This document shows positions 9,496 to 17,370 of a stretch of DNA of 64,000 nt, in pieces (position 1 is the stretch's first letter; every line of letters begins with the position of its first letter). Source of the DNA: Planctomycetota bacterium (lineage in GTDB: Bacteria > Planctomycetota > Planctomycetia > Pirellulales > UBA1268). Location of the stretch: NCBI GenBank assembly GCA_031403195.1, contig JANNSZ010000077.1, positions 12,568 to 76,567 on the forward strand. Direction: 5' to 3'. The notes beneath the pieces were generated by a model. The model was not told where the DNA came from and made no database searches. It saw nothing but the letters and a program-made list of their open reading frames with translations. A program made the position numbers and the translations under genes.

Positions 9496-11946
9496 ATGGC
9501 CCACATGCGAATGAATGGTGTGTGCACGGCGTGCGCCACTCTTGTGGTGGTGTTCACGGCAACCGCGGTTCATGGTCAGGCGCCGGTTGATCCGCCGCTC
9601 GATTCGATCCAGCGGGCGGTCGTTGAGTCGATGGACGCATCGCTCGCGCTCCCCGATGGCCGCACGCCTGCGGCGCTTCTCGATGCCGCGATCAAGGCTT
9701 CGGACGTGGGTGTCCCCTCCGCCGCCGAGCGGTACCTTGCGATGCTCGCCAATGTGGTCGATGCCGCTCAGGAAAAAGGCCCCGACATCCTCGCCGACCT
9801 GGCCGATGCACGGGACGGGGCAGCCATCATTCGCCTTGAGCGGGCGATGCTCACCAGGCAGCCAGGCGCGGCGATGCTCGCCCGCGGTATTCGCGAGGCT
9901 GGACGCATCCGTCGTCGAGATCCTGGCATCATGAATGAAGACGTGAAGGCGCTCGCAAGCCCCGTGTCTACGACGCGGTTGGCGGCCGCGGAGCGGCTCG
10001 TACGAGCCGGTGTCGATGCAATCCCGTCGATCGTGGGTGTCCTCGGGCGTGGACCCGGCGACGACCCACGGCAGTTTCAATTGGCACGCGGGATCGTCGC
10101 GAGAATCGGTGAGCCGGCGCGGCAGCCGCTGCTCGACTGGCTTGCCACTGGTGACCCTGCTGACTGGGCCGGTGTCATTGAGGCACTCGATGCCAGCGGC
10201 GTCGAGGACATCGAATTGTTCCTCGTAGCGCCCGCCCTGGTGCCGCAGACGCCTCCCGCGGCACGTGAGGTTGCCCTCCGCGTTCTGCGCAGCCGCACGG
10301 CTGCGCGTGGAGGAGACGAATCAGCCGTACCACCCTCGCCCCGTGACGCTGTGGCTCGCCTGGCAAGCCGTCTTGACCGGCTCTTCACGCCGGCCGGCCT
10401 CCCCGAGGTCGATCATCTCCTCCTCGAACCGATCACGGATCCATCGCAGGCGAAGGCCGCATTCGGGGGCAGCGTCACCGGCACGGTTGAGCGGCGCTTC
10501 TGGAACCCTCAGACGCGAGTCCTCGAGGCTGTCTCGGTGCCGCCGCAGGTGGCGAGGGCACGCGAGGCCATACACCTTGGCCGCGACCTTCAGGCACTCG
10601 ATGTGCGCGATGAAGCGACGATCGATCTGGTCCTTCTGGCCGGTCTGGAAGCGGCCCTTGCCACGGGGGGCGATCCGATCACCGTGCTCGATCGGGTGCC
10701 AGCGGCCGCAATCCGTCAAGTCCTCACAGGGCCGGAGGGCTACTCCGTACACACGGCGGGTCGCGTGTTTGACCAAGCTGTGGAGCGCGGCATGTGGCTC
10801 GCGGCCCGCGCGGTCGCCACCGGGCTTGTTACGGATGGCACGTCGGTGACGGCGAAGGCGGGGGACACGGGGACGCTCCCGCAGGCTGTCCGGGATGGAC
10901 TCGTCCGATCGCTCGACGTGCCCGACGCGGCGCTGCAGTTTGCAGCCGCGAGAGCCCTCACCCTCCTTGCCGGCGAGCCACCCTACCGTGGTTCGAGCCG
11001 CGTGGTCGAAGTCTTGCTGCACGCGGCGACCAGCACGGGCGTCGATCGTGTCGTCGTGGCACATCCTGATGCTGCGGTCGCGCACTCACTTGCCGCCGGC
11101 GTATCGCGATTGGGCTATGAGCCGGTGCGGGTTTCGACGGGCCGCGAGGCCGTGTTCGCCGCGCGATCGAGCGTTGATACGGTGCTCGTGCTGGTAGCCG
11201 CGCGAATTCCGAAGCCAGTCGCCGTCGAAACGGTGCAGTTCCTGAGACTGCCCGCCGTCGGCGCCATTCCGGCGGTCCTCGTGGTGGTTGATCCACTCGA
11301 CGATGATGGACGAGGCAAATACCTCACGCGACTTTTGCTCACCTTCTGCGAATTCGAAGGCGTCGGCATCATCGATCGACTCGACAGCCTCTTTGAGGCG
11401 ACCATCGATCCCGAGACCAACAAGCCCATCGGGGCACCGCGATTCCCCGACCTGCTCGCGCAGGTGGCTGGTCCGGCAGCAGTCGATCCCGATACCCGTA
11501 ATGCCGCTGCCACCGCGCGGCTGGCCCGCGCCCGGGAGGCCTTTGGGTTGCTCGGGCGGCTCTCACGCCGGGGCCACGATGTCTCGCCAGTGCTCGAAAC
11601 GGCGATGCTCGCGCTCCTCCACACGGAGCTCTACGCCCCGGCTGCGTCGCTCCTGGCGTCGCTTCCCACGGCCACCGCCCAGGAAGCCCTCGAGCAGGAA
11701 GCCCGCCGCAGCGACCTTCCTGAGGCACTGCAACTTGTGGCGAGATCCGCGTTTGAAACGAGCCTGGATCGGTTCGGAATCCTCCTCGACACGAAGAACC
11801 TCCTGACCGCGTACGCAAGGTACAATGACGCCGCCGACGACACGACCCGCGGTGCGGCCGGCAGCATCCTGGATGCACTCGAGGCGGCGGGCAGTAAGCC
11901 CCGGGTCTCTCCATCGCATGCTCCGCCCCAGCGGCCACGACAGTGA
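9496..11946 (+). CDS. large HEAT-like repeat protein with hydrophobic N-terminus and a pseudo-receiver-like segment
   Basis: ORF from TTG at 9469; ATG at 9496. The N-terminus [24 protein letters not shown] looks like a signal peptide or anchor. HEAT/PBS-lyase-like repeats are present ([21 protein letters not shown]...). A REC-like alpha/beta pattern spans about nt 11041-11388. Confidence 0.7.
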   Translation: MAHMRMNGVCTACATLVVVFTATAVHGQAPVDPPLDSIQRAVVESMDASLALPDGRTPAALLDAAIKASDVGVPSAAERYLAMLANVVDAAQEKGPDILADLADARDGAAIIRLERAMLTRQPGAAMLARGIREAGRIRRRDPGIMNEDVKALASPVSTTRLAAAERLVRAGVDAIPSIVGVLGRGPGDDPRQFQLARGIVARIGEPARQPLLDWLATGDPADWAGVIEALDASGVEDIELFLVAPALVPQTPPAAREVALRVLRSRTAARGGDESAVPPSPRDAVARLASRLDRLFTPAGLPEVDHLLLEPITDPSQAKAAFGGSVTGTVERRFWNPQTRVLEAVSVPPQVARAREAIHLGRDLQALDVRDEATIDLVLLAGLEAALATGGDPITVLDRVPAAAIRQVLTGPEGYSVHTAGRVFDQAVERGMWLAARAVATGLVTDGTSVTAKAGDTGTLPQAVRDGLVRSLDVPDAALQFAAARALTLLAGEPPYRGSSRVVEVLLHAATSTGVDRVVVAHPDAAVAHSLAAGVSRLGYEPVRVSTGREAVFAARSSVDTVLVLVAARIPKPVAVETVQFLRLPAVGAIPAVLVVVDPLDDDGRGKYLTRLLLTFCEFEGVGIIDRLDSLFEATIDPETNKPIGAPRFPDLLAQVAGPAAVDPDTRNAAATARLARAREAFGLLGRLSRRGHDVSPVLETAMLALLHTELYAPAASLLASLPTATAQEALEQEARRSDLPEALQLVARSAFETSLDRFGILLDTKNLLTAYARYNDAADDTTRGAAGSILDALEAAGSKPRVSPSHAPPQRPRQ

Positions 11947-12991
11947 GCACGTTTCGACCGCGCCCATTGCCGGCCTGATTGGGGCGAGCCCCGCGATGCT
12001 TGAGGTCTACGCCACCACGCGGCGGGTGGCGCGATCCAACGCCTCTGTCCTCCTGCTCGGGGAGACTGGCACGGGAAAGGAGCTCATCGCCAAGGCGATC
12101 CACGAGCTTTCCCCGCGTGGCAGCGGTCCGTTTGTGCGGGTCAACTGCGGCGCGCTCTCCGAGAGCCTGCTCGAGAGCGAACTGTTTGGACATGTGCGTG
12201 GTGCGTTCACTGGCGCTGTTGCCAACCGCACCGGTCGGTTTGAAGCGGCTCACACCGGCACCATTTTTTTGGATGAGATCAACTCCACGACACTCCACCT
12301 CCAAGTGAAGCTCCTGCGGGTGCTGCAGGAGCGTGAGTTTGAACGGGTGGGCGATACCGAGACGATCCGCGTCGACACCCGCGTGATCGCGGCGAGTAAC
12401 CGCGACCTTCTCGATGAAGTCGCGAAGGAGTCGTTTCGCGAGGATCTCTACTACCGGCTCAACGTTGTGCCGATCGTGCTCCCGCCGTTGCGGTCACGCC
12501 GCGACGATATCCCGCTGCTCATGAGCCACTTTCTCGAGCAGTACAACGAGCAAAACGATCGCTACGTTGTCCATATTCAGAAGGAAGCCCTCGACGCAGT
12601 TGTCCGCTACCACTGGCCAGGGAACGTTCGCGAGCTTCAGAATGTCGTGGAGCGGTGTGTCGTGATGGCTTCGGGGGATGAGCTGACACTCGACCTTCTG
12701 CCGCCGTCGATCCGCGGAGGCAAGGCCTCGACGACGAGTGTGCCAGGACGTGGGGGCGACCTCGACAGCCTTGCTCGCGACCTTGTCGAACAAGGTGTCG
12801 CGACGGCGCCACCGGATGATGAAACACTCTTCGACCGTGTCGTCAGCCGCGTCGAGCGGGAGCTGATCGCCCAGATGCTCGCTGCCTGTGGCGGCGTGCA
12901 ACTCAAGGCCGCAGCGCGGCTGGGCATCAACCGCAACACGCTCCGGAAAAAGCTCCTCGAGCAGGGCCTCGAAGAGGGCGAGGCGACGTAG
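11918..12991 (+). CDS. sigma-54-dependent transcriptional activator (bEBP) lacking a sensory N-terminal domain
   Basis: AAA+ Walker [15 protein letters not shown] loop ([10 protein letters not shown]), and C-terminal Fis-type [21 protein letters not shown]. The ORF starts at 11825, overlapping the upstream gene by 122 nt, so the ATG at 11918 is chosen. With either start, at most about 55 aa precede the AAA+ core. Confidence 0.85.
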   Translation: MLRPSGHDSEHVSTAPIAGLIGASPAMLEVYATTRRVARSNASVLLLGETGTGKELIAKAIHELSPRGSGPFVRVNCGALSESLLESELFGHVRGAFTGAVANRTGRFEAAHTGTIFLDEINSTTLHLQVKLLRVLQEREFERVGDTETIRVDTRVIAASNRDLLDEVAKESFREDLYYRLNVVPIVLPPLRSRRDDIPLLMSHFLEQYNEQNDRYVVHIQKEALDAVVRYHWPGNVRELQNVVERCVVMASGDELTLDLLPPSIRGGKASTTSVPGRGGDLDSLARDLVEQGVATAPPDDETLFDRVVSRVERELIAQMLAACGGVQLKAAARLGINRNTLRKKLLEQGLEEGEAT

Positions 12992-13061
12992 GGCACCATG
13001 TGCCGATTTCGAGCGCACGGCGCTTTGAGTACGGCATGCTGGTCGAACTGGCGTAGCTCGG

Positions 13062-14000
13062 TCACGCGGTGGCGACGATGCCATCTTCGGCCATGTCGCG
13101 GGCATGGTAGCTCGATCGCACGAGCGGGCCGCTGGCGACTTTTCGGAATCCGAGCGACCGGGCGATGGCGCCTAGCTCGTCGAACTCCTCGGGTGGCACA
13201 TAGCGGTCGACCGGGAGTGAATCGAGCGTGGGCTGGAGGTACTGTCCGAGCGTGAGGTAATCGACGCCGTGATCGATGAGGTCGGAGAAAACGTCGAGCA
13301 GCTCCTCGCGAGTCTCACCGAGGCCGAGCATGAGGCCGCTCTTGGTTTTGACATCGGGCATGATCTGCTTGGCTCTCTCCAAGAGCTCGAGCGTCCAGGC
13401 ATACACGCTCTTGCGGCCGCGGACGGTGCGATAGAGCCGCGGTACGGTTTCGGTGTTGTGATTGAAGACCTCGGGCCTGGATTCCACGAGCCGTTCGAGG
13501 GCGCCGTCTTTCCCGATGAAGTCGGGCACGAGCACTTCGATCGTCGCGGCAGTGGCAGCACGCACAGCTTCCACCGTGCGCCGGAAATGGTCGGCGCCGC
13601 CGTCGGCGAGGTCGTCGCGGGTGACACTCGTGATCACCACGTGCTTGAGGCCCAGCCGCTTCGCCGCTTCGGCCACCCGTTCTGGCTCGTCGGCCTCGAG
13701 CTCCTCGGTCTTACCGCGTGGCACCGAACAAAACCCACAGGGCCGCGTGCAGACATTGCCAAGGATCATGAAGGTGGCTGTCCGCTGCGACCAGCATTCG
13801 AGCCGATTGGGGCATTTTGCTGAGGAGCAGACAGTTTCGAGACCAAGCTCGGCGATGAGTGCGGCCGTCTCGCCGATGCCGCCCCCGGGCGCGATGTTTT
13901 GCCGAAGCCAGGGAGGCAGGCGGCGAGCAGGGGCAGGCGGAGGCGCGGGGGTGTCGAGCGAGATGATCGAAAGCGACATCTCATGAAGATTATCCGACAC
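13062..14000 (-). CDS. lipA: lipoyl synthase
   Basis: Radical-SAM CTRPCGFCSV motif and N-terminal cluster CPNRLECW. Confidence 0.95.
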   Translation of the reverse strand: MSDNLHEMSLSIISLDTPAPPPAPARRLPPWLRQNIAPGGGIGETAALIAELGLETVCSSAKCPNRLECWSQRTATFMILGNVCTRPCGFCSVPRGKTEELEADEPERVAEAAKRLGLKHVVITSVTRDDLADGGADHFRRTVEAVRAATAATIEVLVPDFIGKDGALERLVESRPEVFNHNTETVPRLYRTVRGRKSVYAWTLELLERAKQIMPDVKTKSGLMLGLGETREELLDVFSDLIDHGVDYLTLGQYLQPTLDSLPVDRYVPPEEFDELGAIARSLGFRKVASGPLVRSSYHARDMAEDGIVATA

Positions 14001-14790
14001 GGCTCATGGGCTCCGTGGGGCGAGGGCCAAGGGCGGCAGGGGCAACCGGGAACCCTGCGTGAATGTGCGGTGCTTCAAAGTTGAAGGCGTTTGCAAGTGC
14101 ATCGACGAGCGCCGTGCGGGCGTCCTGGAGTCGCACTCGCCGTTGGATGTCGGCTTCCACCGAGCCCATCGTGACGGGAACGGTGCTGCCGGCTGCAGTT
14201 GCCATGCGCACACTCGTGATCCGGTGATGGAGGTCGAGCGCCGGCGCGACGTTGAGGAACGCACCGTGGGCCACGCCGCCACGACGAACGGCAAGGCCGA
14301 CTGCGGCCAAGAGGCCTGTCCGTCCGAAGACTCCGGACACGCCCGGATGCCGGATCGGGCCTGCCTTGAGTGTTCGCAGCGCGCTGGCAAGACCGTCTTC
14401 GAATCGCGCGAGGCAGGCACCGACATCATGCTCGCCGAGGCCAAGGTCGGTAAGCGAGGCGAAGAGTGACACGCAGACCTGGCCCGGTCCGTGGAGGACA
14501 GCGCCGCCGCCCCGGCCGGTGAACCGCACGGGAAGCCGCCGCAACTCGTCATCGCCGAGGGCGACGTCGGCCCGCGAGCCGAGCCTGCCAATTGTGATGG
14601 CTGGCTCGAGCTCGAACACGACGAGTGTCGGGTTTCGACCTCCCGGCGTGGTGGTTTCGTCGGCGAGTCGTTCGGCGAGGGCTGCATAGCGGGGCCAGTC
14701 GATCCTCCCAGCCAGCCAGGCTGAGAGGGGGCGTGTGGGGCCGCTCGATGGTGGCTGGGCAGCAGGCTGGGACATGGGTTCAGGAACCAA
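13990..14790 (-). CDS. lipB: LipB-like octanoyltransferase family protein (BPL/LplA/LipB fold), possibly non-canonical
   Basis: The RGGGAVLHGPGQ motif matches LipB RGGQVTYHGPGQ, and HGAFLNV matches HGLALNV. The gene overlaps lipA by 11 nt. The catalytic Lys and Cys positions appear substituted (see findings). Confidence 0.7.
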   Translation of the reverse strand: MVPEPMSQPAAQPPSSGPTRPLSAWLAGRIDWPRYAALAERLADETTTPGGRNPTLVVFELEPAITIGRLGSRADVALGDDELRRLPVRFTGRGGGAVLHGPGQVCVSLFASLTDLGLGEHDVGACLARFEDGLASALRTLKAGPIRHPGVSGVFGRTGLLAAVGLAVRRGGVAHGAFLNVAPALDLHHRITSVRMATAAGSTVPVTMGSVEADIQRRVRLQDARTALVDALANAFNFEAPHIHAGFPVAPAALGPRPTEPMSRVG

Positions 14791-14891
14791 TCGCTTGAAG
14801 GGAACCGCAGACGCGGCAGCCTCGAGATCAGCGGGTTATCATAAAGCCTGGCTGACGCCTTGTGCCCAAAGCGTTGCGTGGAGGACTCAAA

Positions 14892-16241
14892 ATGCCCAGC
14901 GGACCCGATCGGTTCGACTTCGCCGCCCGTCACGACAGCGTGGACCGTGAGGTCGCTGCCCAGTCGGCACGATATTGGCAGTCTGCGACCACGCGGCTGG
15001 CGCGAGAGATCAATCTTGGCTGGTGGCTGGCTGGCTGGCTGCCGATGGCGGTGGCCATCGGTCTCGTCGGCATGTTCGCGATGCTGCTCGTGCGTTGGCG
15101 AGGCGGGCAGTCTGGTTCTGTTTTTGGCGGGATTGCTGCGGCGCTCGTTGCAGCATCAGTGATCGCGTGGCTTCGAGGTCGTCGACGGTTCGAGACGACG
15201 GCATCGGCCCGCGTGCGTCTCGAGGAGTCGCTCGGGCTCAAGGCGCGGCTCACGGCAGCGAGCGCGGGTGTGGGATCCTGGCCCGATCGACCGCCGGCTG
15301 AATCAAGAATCTGGCCGGTGCGTTGGCGATGGCAGCGGCCACTGGGATGGGTTGCAGTCGTGGTCGGGCTCCTCGTGCTTGCGGCGCGGGTGCCTGTGGC
15401 TGACACCGGCGCTCCCAAGACCTACACGATTGAAAAACCACCCGATGCTCGGGTCGTCGAGCAGTGGATGGATGCGCTTCGCCGCGAGGAGGCCGTGGAC
15501 GAGCGGTCGACCGAACGGGTTCGCGACCGCATTGCCGAGTTGATGGAGCGGCCGACTGAAGACTGGTATGAGCATGCGAGCCTGGAAGCGGCCGGCACGC
15601 TCAAGGAGCAGACCGCGGCTGATCTCAAGGAGCTGTCGGAAAACCTTGCGAAGGCGGAGGCGGCGGCTGCCCAGCTTCGCGAGCTGACCGACAGTGTGCC
15701 GCAGGAGTTGCGGGACGCGCTCGCCAAGGACCTGAAGCTCGCAGCCCTCGCGCTCGAGATGGGGGGCTTCAAGCCGCCTGCCGATCTGGCGGAGCTTTTG
15801 CGGGAGTTGCAGGGGCGAGACCTCGCGGAGCTGACTCCGGGAGAATGCCGCGGCCTGTGCGAAAAGCTCGGCGCGAACCGCGAGATGTTGCGACGGGCGC
15901 TGGCTGAATCACCCGACCTCGATCTGGATGGCCTCGCAATGCTGGGCGTACCGGCCGAAGGGGGCATCCAGCGGGGCCGTGGCGACGCGGAGCTGAAGCG
16001 TGGCGAGGAGCATGATCTGAAGACCACCCGCAAGGAGAAGGTCAATCAGGCGCTCGACCTCGAGCGGGCCGCGCCCGATGAGCTGCTGGCGGTGGTCGAT
16101 GGCGAGCATGACATCGACGAGAGTGCCTACACCGGCCCCAAAGCAGGTGGCACCGCGAAGGAGGGCGACGGCGGCACATCGGTCGAGGTCGACGCGCTGC
16201 TGCCGGCTGAGCAAGAGGTCGTCCGTCGGTTCTTCAAGTGA
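14892..16241 (+). CDS. hypothetical membrane protein with long acidic coiled-coil region
   Basis: ORF from GTG at 14862. The ATG at 14892 is preceded by GGAGGA at 14878-14883. Two or more TM helices (WWLAGWLPMAVAIGLVGMFAMLLV; VFGGIAAALVAASVIAWL) are followed by E/L/A-rich heptad-like sequence. Confidence 0.6.
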   Translation: MPSGPDRFDFAARHDSVDREVAAQSARYWQSATTRLAREINLGWWLAGWLPMAVAIGLVGMFAMLLVRWRGGQSGSVFGGIAAALVAASVIAWLRGRRRFETTASARVRLEESLGLKARLTAASAGVGSWPDRPPAESRIWPVRWRWQRPLGWVAVVVGLLVLAARVPVADTGAPKTYTIEKPPDARVVEQWMDALRREEAVDERSTERVRDRIAELMERPTEDWYEHASLEAAGTLKEQTAADLKELSENLAKAEAAAAQLRELTDSVPQELRDALAKDLKLAALALEMGGFKPPADLAELLRELQGRDLAELTPGECRGLCEKLGANREMLRRALAESPDLDLDGLAMLGVPAEGGIQRGRGDAELKRGEEHDLKTTRKEKVNQALDLERAAPDELLAVVDGEHDIDESAYTGPKAGGTAKEGDGGTSVEVDALLPAEQEVVRRFFK

Positions 16242-16371
16242 TGGCATGGTCGATGGCAAAGCCGGCTCCGTGGCAGCGGCATCGACCGTTCTCGCCACCG
16301 GTCGGCCCGTAAGCGTTCCAGGGAGCACCACGACTGATGATGCAGGGCACTCGAATGCCGAGCAGGCGGAT

Positions 16372-16587
16372 TCATTCGGCGGCTTCGCCGCGCAACTGGT
16401 CGAGGAGTTGGGTCGTGCCGTGCAGGTCCGTCCAACGACGGAGATATTCCCAGTCGAGGGCATCGAAGCACACCGCGATCACGTTGCGAGTGTCGGCAAT
16501 GTCCTTCTCCCGTCGCCAGCGGAGTTTCTGAATGACGACATCCTCGGCAGTCGGAAGCCAGACGCCACGGCCAAGCTGGCCGATCAT
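16372..16587 (-). CDS. nucleotidyltransferase C-terminal part (split gene or separate subunit)
   Basis: The 71-aa sequence LPTAEDVVIQKLRWRREKDIADTRNVI resembles the helical C-terminal half of small NTases. Its start overlaps the stop of 16584..16844 in an ATGA. Confidence 0.5.
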   Translation of the reverse strand: MIGQLGRGVWLPTAEDVVIQKLRWRREKDIADTRNVIAVCFDALDWEYLRRWTDLHGTTQLLDQLRGEAAE

Positions 16588-16844
16588 GCCGCGCCGACGT
16601 CGCCGGAAACGCTCTTGATGGTGCGGGTCTCGAATTGGATCTGTCTGTCGAGGGAATAGTCGGGGCCAAGTGCCTCAGCGATGCGAGAAACGTCGCGAGG
16701 CTCGCACGCCACCACAAAGTCGGCATCCTTTGTTGCTCGTGCGACGCCGTAAGCGATCGCGGAGAACGCGCCGACGAGCATATGCTCGACACCGAGATCA
16801 TCGAGCACGGCGACGGCATGGCCGAGAACTTCAAGACTCGTCAT
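16584..16844 (-). CDS. minimal nucleotidyltransferase-fold protein, N-terminal part
   Basis: Pol-beta NTase pattern LVGAFSAIAYGVARATKDADFVV (G[AS]-x9-13-DxD). It ends in an ATGA overlap with the next ORF. Confidence 0.55.
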   Translation of the reverse strand: MTSLEVLGHAVAVLDDLGVEHMLVGAFSAIAYGVARATKDADFVVACEPRDVSRIAEALGPDYSLDRQIQFETRTIKSVSGDVGAA

Positions 16845-17106
16845 CGATCGTGCCGGCGGCCTCGTAGATTCCTGCTTCGTCGAGTCGGCGGGCGATCCGC
16901 AGCCGGCGGAGAACCTCGGCCCGCACCTGATCGGGTGTCAGTGTAGGGTTGTCGGTTGCAATGGCGTCCCGCATGAGCACGAGCGTGCTGTCGAAAAGGG
17001 CAGCGGCGTCGGCCAGTTTCTCTGCGGGCGATGTCACGCGGGCGCGCAGTATTTTCCCGAGAAAGATTGATCGCTGAAGGCTCGTGGCTCTCTCGTTCAT
17101 AAACAT
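16831..17106 (-). CDS. small helical protein upstream of the NTase (possible partner or antitoxin-like)
   Basis: ORF 16831..17265; internal starts at 17106 and 17100 give about 90 aa. It overlaps the NTase start by 14 nt. No domain recognised, and the start is uncertain. Confidence 0.35.
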   Translation of the reverse strand: MFMNERATSLQRSIFLGKILRARVTSPAEKLADAAALFDSTLVLMRDAIATDNPTLTPDQVRAEVLRRLRIARRLDEAGIYEAAGTIDDES

Positions 17107-17242
17107 TGAAAACAGGATGGTCAACCGCCGATGCCGCATCGTGCGGATGGCAGCTGTTCGATCTTTGAGCGTAACCGATCCGGAGCCGGCAGTCATGGGG
17201 GCCACCATCCGCGCCGTGAGCGCTTCCTGCATCGCTCGGGCC

Positions 17243-17338
17243 GGATACTGGTCATGGCGGATCAACGATGAGCACCGCGTGGTCTACAAAGTTGACGATG
17301 ACGTGATCCTGATCGCTAGACTTCGGTATCACTCCTGA
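17243..17338 (+). pseudogene. YoeB/Txe-family toxin remnant (C-terminal about 31 codons only)
   Basis: GYWSWRINDEHRVVYKVDDDVILIARLRYHS aligns without gaps to the E. coli YoeB C-terminus GFWSRRITEEHRLVYAVTDDSLLIAACRYHY. The upstream 53 codons of ORF 17084..17338 show no YoeB similarity, and no YefM-like gene lies upstream. Confidence 0.6.
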
Positions 17339-17370
17339 GTGCAGCAGGCGATGTCTCGGCAGGTGACAGC

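Noticed and set aside
8087-9496. 469-aa ORF on the minus strand opposite argH
   Set aside because: It lies entirely antisense to a gene carrying an unmistakable argininosuccinate lyase signature. Its translation is Arg/Pro/Gly-rich with no motifs, as expected for a high-GC shadow ORF.
14848-14865. CTGGCTGACGCCTTGTGC, a sigma-54-like -24/-12 spacing upstream of the 14892 gene
   Set aside because: The GG is present, but the -12 element reads TTGT rather than TTGC and positions -22 to -20 deviate. This is too weak to call, even though a bEBP is encoded nearby.
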